Part shown: in pieces, positions 25,405-33,251 of the stretch
How the letters are laid out: each line of letters starts with the position of its first letter
Numbering within the stretch: position 1 is the first letter of the stretch
Assembly: GCA_002410125.1 (NCBI GenBank)
Contig: DHQH01000064.1
Coordinates: forward strand, 1-33,251
DNA: 33,251 nucleotides
Reading direction: 5' to 3'
Source of the DNA: Alphaproteobacteria bacterium UBA5343
Lineage (GTDB): Bacteria > Pseudomonadota > Alphaproteobacteria > RF32 > UBA5343
Notes under the pieces: generated by a model
Told to the model about the DNA's origin: nothing
What the model saw: the letters and a program-made list of their open reading frames with translations, nothing else
Database searches by the model: none
Program-made: the position numbers and the translations under genes

Positions 25405-26832
25405 ATGAAAATACTTAGTAAAATCACCCTATTTGCTGTAATTATGACCATATTTTCATCAACTAACGTTATATCTAACGAAATTCAAATTCCTTCTCAA
25501 AATAGAGACAAGCTAGATCTAACTATATATAACAACGACTTATCATTAGTAACAGATTCTAGAAATATAAAAATTGATACCGGTATTAATAATATAGCTT
25601 TTGAAGATATTTCATCAGAAATTCTTCCAGAAACCGCCATTATCAAAATTAAAAACGCTAGCATATTAGAACAAAATTTTGATTACCAATTAATCACTTA
25701 TAAAAATTTATTAAATAAAAATATTGGGAAAACAGTAATTACCATTACAACCAACCCAAGTAATGGTAAAAATATAAAAGAAGAAGCCACTCTAATCTCT
25801 GCCAACCCTAATATTATTTTACAGTTTAAAGATAGAATAGAAGCTAATTTTAGTGGTAGAATTGCATTTACCAATATATCAAACGAACTAACAACTAAAC
25901 CCACCCTATTTGTAAAACTAGACAATCTTACTAATAACAGTAAAAATATGAAATTATCATACCTATCAAATGGTATTAGTTGGAAAACCAATTATGTTGC
26001 AGATTTAGATGAAATAAACTCTATTTTAGACCTTAACTCTTGGATATCAATTACCAATCATTCTGGTACAGATTTTAACAATGCTAATATCCAATTAGTA
26101 GCAGGTAATATTAATAAAACCAGAAGTACTTCTCGCCAACCAGAGTTAATGATGATGGATGGTGTTGCCGAAGCTGGCTTTAGTGCTAATAGGATGATGG
26201 TAAAATCAGCAAGCAGTAGTATATCTCAAGAAAACTTTGCCGACTATCATATCTATACTATACCAAGAAGAATAGATATTAAAGACAAACAAAACAAACA
26301 AATCTCATTATTTACTAAAAAAGACATCAAATTTGATAAAAAATATATAATAACATCACCTCTTGGTAGTTATTACAGATCAAATGGAGATTTTGAGAAA
26401 AGAAATCCTGAAATTGAAATAACTTTCAAAAATAATATAAATAGTCTTAATGCTCCCTTACCAAAAGGTGTTGTGAGATTTTATAAAAATAATAAATTTA
26501 TTGGTGAAAATAACATAACAAACACCCCTATTAATGAAGAAATCAAACTGACCATTGGTAAAGCCTTTGACATATTTGTTGATGGCAAAATCACCGATAG
26601 TAAAAAGATTTCAAAAAATATTTTTGAAAACAGCTATGAAATAACTTTCAATAATTCAAAAAATTCTCCAGCCAAAATTGAATTTACTCAAAATGTTTAT
26701 GGAACAAATTGGGAGATTTTAAAAGAAAATATCACAAGTAAAAAAGAAAAAAGTAATACAATAAAATGGGAATTAGAAATTCCTGCAAAAACTAAGAAAA
26801 AACTAGAATATCAAATAAGAGTTACCAACTAA
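25405..26832 (+). CDS. DUF4139-domain secreted protein (MuiA-like)
   Basis: Signal peptide, then DLTIYNNDLSLV... and ISWKTNYVADL...SWISITNHSGTDFNNANIQLVAG. This matches my recollection of DUF4139. Confidence 0.7.
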   Translation: MKILSKITLFAVIMTIFSSTNVISNEIQIPSQNRDKLDLTIYNNDLSLVTDSRNIKIDTGINNIAFEDISSEILPETAIIKIKNASILEQNFDYQLITYKNLLNKNIGKTVITITTNPSNGKNIKEEATLISANPNIILQFKDRIEANFSGRIAFTNISNELTTKPTLFVKLDNLTNNSKNMKLSYLSNGISWKTNYVADLDEINSILDLNSWISITNHSGTDFNNANIQLVAGNINKTRSTSRQPELMMMDGVAEAGFSANRMMVKSASSSISQENFADYHIYTIPRRIDIKDKQNKQISLFTKKDIKFDKKYIITSPLGSYYRSNGDFEKRNPEIEITFKNNINSLNAPLPKGVVRFYKNNKFIGENNITNTPINEEIKLTIGKAFDIFVDGKITDSKKISKNIFENSYEITFNNSKNSPAKIEFTQNVYGTNWEILKENITSKKEKSNTIKWELEIPAKTKKKLEYQIRVTN

Positions 26833-28137
26833 ATGAAACTTGTTTATTTAACGATATTTATAAGCCTATTTTCCTTTACTTTGTTAGCTGATGCAAAAGC
26901 TAAACCAGTAACTTATAATAAGTTATTTTCTGTAGATCTTGATGTAAATTTTAAAGCTCCACAATATCTCAAATTAAACGAGATGATTGATAATAATATT
27001 ACCCCAACTATGCCAATGAATATAAAACAAGAAGATAAATTAAAAAAACTTGTAAATACCATTAAAGATATTTTTGGCTTAGAGAAAAAAGAAAAAAATT
27101 CACCAAGCAATATAATAAATCTTGATCAACTTGAAACTAGAGAAAAACCTTTTTATGAGGATCAATTAATCTCTATTCTAGCAAGAATGCCTCAATATAC
27201 TTACCAATATATTGGTCCTTATATGCACAGCCTTCCTTTTATGTCTGAAAAAATATTAAATATGCCAGGCATTAAAGAAACTAAAGGCAAACTCCCAACG
27301 AGAATCGCCCCTGCAATGAAAAAAATAGTTGATCAACATGGTGATTTTTTATCCCCTGCCCTTTATTTTTTACTAATGCCTGAAACATGGGAAAAAAGAA
27401 AGTTAGAAAAAGAAAAAACTAGATCTCAAACATTTTCAAGGCAAACTAAATTTAAAAGAAATAATAAATTATATGAAAGAATAGCCAAACAAATACCAAT
27501 AGAAGACTATCTAAATGGTGAAGAAAAATACACCCCAAATATGACCAGAACTAAAAACCCAGATCTTAATTCTCCACTCACTGATGGTGATGTAATTGCA
27601 TTTGCTAATAGTATAATGGATATTAGATTATTTGGAAAAGAAAATAAACAAAGAAGAAATCATATTCGTCGCATTGGTTATCTATTAAACAACCTATACA
27701 ACCCAAATGGCACGATGGATCCAACAGGATTAATGAAAGATGTTGCCAATCCTTGTCAAAGACTGGCTCAAAGAGTTAAAATATTAGGCTTAGAAACAGA
27801 ATTTAATGCAATATTACTTCCTCATGGATTTAATATTGATAGCTGGGCTTATACGGGTGATAAAACTATTAAGGCTTATAGATTATCAAATATCACAATG
27901 TCTCAATTACATGCTCTTAGAAATGCAAAATTTGATAAGAAAAAAAGATATACAAAATTTCTAACCCAATATGAAAGTGACTTTGCCGATAAAGCCTATG
28001 CATTATATATAGAATTATACAATGCAAATGAGCATGACAGAAACATTCTCTGGCATAATAAATCTGTTATCAAAAAGCAATTCACTTATCATAAAGACAG
28101 ATACTTACTATCCCTGCCCATATCCCTTCTATATTAA
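26833..28137 (+). CDS. secreted hypothetical protein
   Basis: 434 aa with a signal peptide (LFSFTLLADA). Its ATG directly abuts the upstream TAA (taaATG), implying translational coupling. Confidence 0.5.
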   Translation: MKLVYLTIFISLFSFTLLADAKAKPVTYNKLFSVDLDVNFKAPQYLKLNEMIDNNITPTMPMNIKQEDKLKKLVNTIKDIFGLEKKEKNSPSNIINLDQLETREKPFYEDQLISILARMPQYTYQYIGPYMHSLPFMSEKILNMPGIKETKGKLPTRIAPAMKKIVDQHGDFLSPALYFLLMPETWEKRKLEKEKTRSQTFSRQTKFKRNNKLYERIAKQIPIEDYLNGEEKYTPNMTRTKNPDLNSPLTDGDVIAFANSIMDIRLFGKENKQRRNHIRRIGYLLNNLYNPNGTMDPTGLMKDVANPCQRLAQRVKILGLETEFNAILLPHGFNIDSWAYTGDKTIKAYRLSNITMSQLHALRNAKFDKKKRYTKFLTQYESDFADKAYALYIELYNANEHDRNILWHNKSVIKKQFTYHKDRYLLSLPISLLY

Positions 28138-30497
28138 AGAAATTCCTCAGCTTCAACTTCAAGCATTTTAATATCTTGCTCAATATCATCAACACCTAAA
28201 ATTTCATCAATCTCATTAGCTATTTTACCCTCAACTTCAATCTCATCTTCAACTCCATTTTCTTGAGTTTCCATCTTATTAATAACAGGTATTACTTCAT
28301 CAACAACGGTCTCTACTTCTTTTTCAGATATTACCTCATCATCAACTTTTTGAACTTTTTCTTCAATCGTAGCTTTAGGTTCTTCCACAGATTGTATCAC
28401 TTTATCAACAACCTCCTCCTCAATCAAATACTTAGGTTCTATAATTTCTTCAGCCATAGGTGTTTCGATGTTAATCAAAGCCTTACTAGTTTTAGCTTTC
28501 AATCCTACTGCCTTCTTACCAATTTCTTTTCTTGGTTTCTTCAATGAATTATAAGATTTTTGATAATCTTCTATATGTTTACTATATTCATCATTCCATT
28601 TAATATGCCACTCTTGGTAAACTTTCTTAGCATTGTCATAATCATACAAGAATTGATTTCTGTTAGAAATAAGTTTATTTATATGAACATTAAAATTAGG
28701 ATGGAATTTAAGATCTTCAAGTCCTACACATTTTTTTACATTGCCAAATCTAGCTGACAATAATGATGAAATATCACAAAAAACATTATTCGGTATAAAC
28801 TTATTTCTACCACTATCAAATATAGCATAAGTAGTAAAATAATTATTTCTCATTTTCTTAATTTCATCATTTATAGACCTCTTATACTTCACATCTTTTT
28901 TATCACCTATATTAACATCACCATGAATCACCACCACACTCTTATCAAGCATACCCTGATGTTTCATATTCTCCATTAATTTACCAATCATTCCATAACT
29001 ACAAGCAATTTGTTCACCATAAGCCTTATGAGTTTTTTCAATAGTCTTATCATTAACCATTTGCCAATCGTTATAACCAAGACTTTGCCACTCAGAAAAT
29101 TCATTTTGAACACGACAATATTGATCAAACACAAGAGATGAAGAAGGTAACATTAAATAAGCAATATAAGCATTATTTTTACTTTTATCACTTCCCTTCA
29201 TATCAGTTATCATATCATCAATAACATTAAATTGATTGGCAGCATAAACTTCATTAAATTGCTTATATATAAATGGATAATCTTCAACTTTATCAATATA
29301 AGGACCAATAAGTTTATACATAAGTTTATAATCAAAAATATGTAAAGCGTTTAACCATTTTACTACTAAAATCATCATTTTTTTCATATTATCAAGATAT
29401 AAATTATCAACCGAAATAGGTTTGGTTATATATGACCGACATTTATCGATCTCACCCACTGAACAAAGGTCAACATTTTTCGTATTATAAACATTAATAT
29501 TATACCCATTTTGTTTTAAGTTTTTAAATAACTCATTCTCTTTCATTGGCTTCAAATTAAAGCTATCATTATTATAATAAATTAACCCGATACTATAATC
29601 TTCATCAAAATATTTCATATCTTTACTATCAATATTTCTATCAAATCTTGAATCAAAATTCATATTAGCCATAACAGATTGAGAACTATCTTTATGAGTA
29701 TTAAAACTATTATTAAATAATTCAAAATTATAATTAGCATAAAACCCTGCTACAATATCTAAGTATTTTTTATATTTTTGTGGTTCTTTTAGATATTCAC
29801 TAGAAAAATATTCATTAAGTTCAACAAAATTACCATGCCTATTTAGTATAATATAGACAAGACTATTACCCATATCCTCTTTTGATACCACCTTATCATC
29901 TATATTATTGTTATTTTTCAAAGTAATACTAGATAGTAATATTACAACAGATATCAGTCCAACCAATACTAATGAAGAAACACCAATAAACCTTGCTCTA
30001 TTTAACAATAAAGTTATAAATAAAATAAAAGCTATAACAGCAGATAAAATCACATTACCGTGACTTAAAATATAATCAACATATATAGGATCTAAAAAAG
30101 AACTGAGTTGGGGTTGGAAAGACATAATAAAATAGCTAATATCAACAGCTAAAAACATATCCATAAAAATATATAAAATACATCCTGTAAATAAAGCCAA
30201 AAAGAGTTTAGATAAAAATCTAGAAAAAGCAAATAATAGCATTAAAAGAAAAGAGACAATAATTATCACACCAAATATCATAAATATTTCTGTATTTAAA
30301 TGCCCAAATTTATTAAATATAGAATAATCCCCTGCTGTAATATATAAAATAAAATTTAGAAACAAAAACAAAGCAATATAAATAAACCCAGTAAAGAAAT
30401 AAGATATTCGATAACTCTCAGCTTTTCTTTTTCTAAGAATTGGTATTGCAACTTTATTATCTATTGATTTATTTTTTGATTTTCTTCTAACAACCAT
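28134..30497 (-). CDS. large polytopic membrane protein with an acidic C-terminal tail, function unknown
   Basis: ATG at 30497 is preceded by AGGTGG. The track start is TTG at 30548. It has about 6 N-terminal TM helices, a ~450-aa soluble domain and a Glu/Asp/Val-rich tail. A faint sulfatase/LtaS-like architecture is unverified. Confidence 0.55.
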   Translation of the reverse strand: MVVRRKSKNKSIDNKVAIPILRKRKAESYRISYFFTGFIYIALFLFLNFILYITAGDYSIFNKFGHLNTEIFMIFGVIIIVSFLLMLLFAFSRFLSKLFLALFTGCILYIFMDMFLAVDISYFIMSFQPQLSSFLDPIYVDYILSHGNVILSAVIAFILFITLLLNRARFIGVSSLVLVGLISVVILLSSITLKNNNNIDDKVVSKEDMGNSLVYIILNRHGNFVELNEYFSSEYLKEPQKYKKYLDIVAGFYANYNFELFNNSFNTHKDSSQSVMANMNFDSRFDRNIDSKDMKYFDEDYSIGLIYYNNDSFNLKPMKENELFKNLKQNGYNINVYNTKNVDLCSVGEIDKCRSYITKPISVDNLYLDNMKKMMILVVKWLNALHIFDYKLMYKLIGPYIDKVEDYPFIYKQFNEVYAANQFNVIDDMITDMKGSDKSKNNAYIAYLMLPSSSLVFDQYCRVQNEFSEWQSLGYNDWQMVNDKTIEKTHKAYGEQIACSYGMIGKLMENMKHQGMLDKSVVVIHGDVNIGDKKDVKYKRSINDEIKKMRNNYFTTYAIFDSGRNKFIPNNVFCDISSLLSARFGNVKKCVGLEDLKFHPNFNVHINKLISNRNQFLYDYDNAKKVYQEWHIKWNDEYSKHIEDYQKSYNSLKKPRKEIGKKAVGLKAKTSKALINIETPMAEEIIEPKYLIEEEVVDKVIQSVEEPKATIEEKVQKVDDEVISEKEVETVVDEVIPVINKMETQENGVEDEIEVEGKIANEIDEILGVDDIEQDIKMLEVEAEEFL

Positions 30498-30596
30498 AAC
30501 CCACCTATTTATCACTAAATATTTATTTTCTTTGCAATTATATGACAAAAAAGTGAATTTAAAATTAATAGAAATAAGACTAATTTAGAAAAATTT

Positions 30597-30672
30597 TGGT
30601 GGGTGCTAAGGGGATCGAACCCTTGACCCACAGATTAAGAGTCTGTTGCTCTACCAACTGAGCTAAGCACCC
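30597..30672 (-). tRNA. tRNA-Lys (CUU)
   Basis: Hand-folded. Acceptor GGGTGCT/AGCACCC, D-stem GCTC/GAGC, anticodon stem ACAGA/TCTGT with loop CUCUUAA, T-stem AAGGG/CCCTT and encoded CCA. Confidence 0.93.
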
Positions 30673-30722
30673 AAAATTCAACATAAGAAGAAACTAAACC
30701 TTTAATATAAAAAAATCAACAC

Positions 30723-30750
30723 AAAAAAAACCTGCTCATTAAAAAACAGG
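30723..30750 (-). terminator. weak terminator-like hairpin with a T8 run downstream of rpsD
   Basis: The minus strand reads GCCTG-TTTTTTAATGAG-CAGG-TTTTTTTT. The stem is short. Confidence 0.3.
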
Positions 30751-30803
30751 CTTTCAATTTTATTTCTCTATTTTAATCTTCTTACTACCCCAAATAAGTT
30801 GGG

Positions 30804-30929
30804 TAGTCTAGTGAGTTTTACACGAATAGAAGTTAATTAAGAAAAGCCAAAACTTGAGCTTAGCAATTTACTAAGTTAGTTTTGGCTTATTCGAAAATTC
30901 ACGATTAGTCGTGTAAAAGACACAGACTA
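30804..30929. repeat. MITE-like palindromic element, copy E (126 bp, best-preserved hairpin)
   Basis: Outer arms TAGTCT/AGACTA. Middle arms TTTTACACGA (30816-30825) / TCGTGTAAAA (30909-30918). Inner arms AAGCCAAAACT (30844-30854) / AGTTTTGGCTT (30878-30888). The loop is centred at about 30866. The rpsD stop TAG is 30927-30929. Confidence 0.85.
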
Positions 30930-31541
30930 ACGAGAGTAGAACTCGATTACTAAGTTCGGTTCCATTGACACTGGATATGGAACATCGTCTAATTTTGGAG
31001 CAAAGCTGTATTTTACTTTAAAGTTCTTTTCATCTGATTCGATATATTCTGGAACTTCTCTTTCTTGTGATGCCATAGCTTCAATAACCATTGGAATTTG
31101 TCTTGAGCTTTCTGCAACTTCGATTACATCACCTGCTTTTACCACATATGACGACACATTTACTTTTTTACCATTAACTAGGATATGTCCGTGGTTGATG
31201 AATTGACGAGAAGCAAATACTGTTGGTACAAATTTTGAGTGATATACTACTGCATCTAATCTTGATTCTAAGATACCGATTAAGTTTTGTGCAGCATCAC
31301 CTCTTCTTCTGATTGCTTCTGCATAGTATTTTGCAAATCTTTTTTCTGATATGTTACCATAGAATGTTTTTAATTTTTGTTTAGCATGTAATTGTACAGC
31401 ATAATCTGTTGGTTTTTTTCTTCTTTGACCATGTTCACCTGGTCCATATTCTCTTGTATTTACTGGAGATTTAGCTCTTCCCCATAAATTGATGCCATAA
31501 CGACGATCAATTTTCATCTTTTTGTTATTAATACTTTTCAT
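30927..31541 (-). CDS. rpsD: 30S ribosomal protein S4
   Basis: 204 aa. The [12 protein letters not shown]..., S4 domain [10 protein letters not shown] and [11 protein letters not shown] motifs are present. Confidence 0.95.
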   Translation of the reverse strand: MKSINNKKMKIDRRYGINLWGRAKSPVNTREYGPGEHGQRRKKPTDYAVQLHAKQKLKTFYGNISEKRFAKYYAEAIRRRGDAAQNLIGILESRLDAVVYHSKFVPTVFASRQFINHGHILVNGKKVNVSSYVVKAGDVIEVAESSRQIPMVIEAMASQEREVPEYIESDEKNFKVKYSFAPKLDDVPYPVSMEPNLVIEFYSR

Positions 31542-31717
31542 TTTAATTTCCTTTTTTAAGTTTTTTATTGTCCTGGTATTTTAATCTTTTGATTAAAGGA
31601 GTGTTTTTCACTCTCATTCCCAGAAGTGATTTGAAAAATAACATAAAAATTATAAATTACAAGCATTTTTTATAATAATACTGGATTTAAATTTTAAATG
31701 ACTTAGAATTGGCTGGT

Positions 31718-31779
31718 ATATTGAGTTTTCTTAAAAATTAATTTGCGATTAGTCGTGCAAAAGACGAGGACAGAGGCTA
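31718..31779. repeat. miniature copy (F) of the palindromic element abutting a start codon
   Basis: TATTGAGTTTTC...TTTGCGATTAGTCGTGCAAAAGACGAGGACAGAGGCTA contains the hairpin CACGA-CTAA-TCGTG equivalent. It ends 1 nt before the ATG at 31780. Confidence 0.6.
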
Positions 31780-33251
31780 ATGTCATACGACATAATGTTA
31801 CAAAAAGCAGTAGAATACTACGAGGGTGGAGATTTAGATCAATCTGAAGCCTTACTCAGAAAGATTCTTGAAACCGTGCCTAACAACCCAGAAATACTAA
31901 ATTTATTAGGACTAATCGCCCATCAAAAAGGCATATTTGAAGAAGCTCATAACTTATTTTATAGAGCAATTCAAAATAAAGATAATTTTGCACCATTTTA
32001 TTTTAATCTTGCCAATTCCCTGCAAGATTCTGGCAGATTAAATGAAGCTCTAACCTATTATAACAAGCTAATCCAAATTGATTCTAACATTCCTGAAACA
32101 TATCTAAACATTGGTAACATTCATCGCCAATTGGGAGATATTAAGGAAGCCCAAAAACAATATTGGAAAACCCTAGAAATTTCGCCTAATTTTATAATTG
32201 CCAAAACCAATCTCGCTCTTAGTTATTTAGATTTAGGTGATATTGAAACAGCAAAAACTAGATTAGAAAAAATCACCAGTGAACACCCTAATGAAGATGA
32301 CACCCTATTTCACTTGGCAACCCTTTATAGAAACGAAAACAATCTAAATAAAGCTTATGAGTTATATAATAAAGCCATATTTCTCAATCCTTCAGTTTTT
32401 TATTATTACAATAGCTTAGGCATTACTTTTGAATTAGAAAATAAGTTCAACAAAGCCAAAGAGAATTATAAAAAATCTTTTGAATTAAACCCAAACTTTA
32501 CAGATGCAATAATAAATCTTGCTAATATGTATGCTCTTGAAAAAAACTATATCACTGCCAAATCGTTATACCTAAAAGCAATTGATTTAGAACCGAACTC
32601 TTTTGATGCCCACTTAAATTTTGGTAACTTACTTCAAAATAATAATGAATTATCACTTGCTTTAGAAGAATATAGAAAAGCCATTATAATTCACCCAAAA
32701 TCAGCAATTGCCAATATCAATATCGCCCTCATAACTAGATTAAACAAAGAATATGAAGAAGCATTAGGGTTATTATTTAATGCCCTAAGCCTTGATAAAA
32801 ATATCCCATCAATCCCAATTATCATATCAGAAACTCTTTATTTATTTGCAGAAAAAAATAACAAAAATCAAGCCATCAAAATCGCCAAAAACTGGGTTCA
32901 TAATTATCCTGATTGCAAAATCGCAAGACACTCCCTTCTCTCCCTTGAGGGAAAAGCAATAGATATCGAAACAAAGCTTATATATAACAAAGCATTATTT
33001 GACAACTTCGCAGAAAATTATGAAGAAAAACTAATTGATATTGATTATAAAATCCCAACCGAGATAAAACATCTACTCAAAGCCATTAACTATAATAATG
33101 TCTTAGATCTAGGTGCAGGAACCGGCATTATTGGTAATATCATCAAAGAAAATAACAAGAACAGCAAAATCACCGCTATTGATATTTCTAAAAAAATGTT
33201 AAATATCGCAAATGAAAAAGCAATCTATCACGAACTCATCCAAGCCGATAT
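31780..33251 (+). CDS. TPR-repeat protein with C-terminal class I SAM-dependent methyltransferase domain (3-prime partial)
   Basis: Not in the ORF track because it runs off the window. My translation is MSYDIMLQKAVEYYEGGDLDQSEALLRKILE..., with many 34-aa TPR-like units, then VLDLGAGTGIIG (SAM motif I). GAGG lies 3 nt upstream of the ATG. Confidence 0.8.
   Translation, partial: MSYDIMLQKAVEYYEGGDLDQSEALLRKILETVPNNPEILNLLGLIAHQKGIFEEAHNLFYRAIQNKDNFAPFYFNLANSLQDSGRLNEALTYYNKLIQIDSNIPETYLNIGNIHRQLGDIKEAQKQYWKTLEISPNFIIAKTNLALSYLDLGDIETAKTRLEKITSEHPNEDDTLFHLATLYRNENNLNKAYELYNKAIFLNPSVFYYYNSLGITFELENKFNKAKENYKKSFELNPNFTDAIINLANMYALEKNYITAKSLYLKAIDLEPNSFDAHLNFGNLLQNNNELSLALEEYRKAIIIHPKSAIANINIALITRLNKEYEEALGLLFNALSLDKNIPSIPIIISETLYLFAEKNNKNQAIKIAKNWVHNYPDCKIARHSLLSLEGKAIDIETKLIYNKALFDNFAENYEEKLIDIDYKIPTEIKHLLKAINYNNVLDLGAGTGIIGNIIKENNKNSKITAIDISKKMLNIANEKAIYHELIQAD

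Noticed and set aside
18796-28757. Remaining short antisense ORFs: 18796-18984, 19767-19991, 23658-23867, 24890-25087, 25698-25991, 26913-27110, 28263-28547 and 28560-28757
   Set aside because: All are nested antisense within longer ORFs that carry recognisable domains or signal peptides.

Overview
Visibly AT-rich bacterial chromosomal segment, most likely from an alphaproteobacterium. This rests on a GcrA-type cell-cycle regulator, the yceD-rpmF-plsX-fabH-ihfA-merR gene order, and a glyA/nrdR/nusB neighbourhood. The lineage is probably host-associated or genome-reduced, which is inference only.

Most of the window is minus-strand housekeeping: fabH, plsX, rpmF, yceD, ihfA, nusB, nrdR, murF, glyA, rpiB, tyrA, rpsD, PomAB-like stator genes and gcrA. 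Three tRNAs were folded by hand: Cys-GCA, Asn-GUU and Lys-CUU. The left edge carries a phage tail-fibre-like module.

Four things stand out:
1. A family of about 105-126 bp MITE-like palindromic elements lies exactly at the 3-prime ends of genes. There are at least 4 full copies plus 3 or more partial ones. The host gene's stop codon sits inside the element's terminal inverted repeat.
2. An extremely AT-rich accessory island lies directly after tRNA-Asn. It begins with the C-terminal stump of a large serine recombinase that reads antisense into the tRNA. It encodes a zeta-toxin-like P-loop protein, an HExxH protein, a THEP1-like NTPase and a kinase-fold protein.
3. An isolated [FeFe]-hydrogenase maturase gene, hydG, is paired with a TM1266-type small regulator.
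4. A DUF4139-plus-unknown secreted gene pair converges on a large polytopic membrane protein.

All protein family calls come from motif recognition by eye. No database search was possible.
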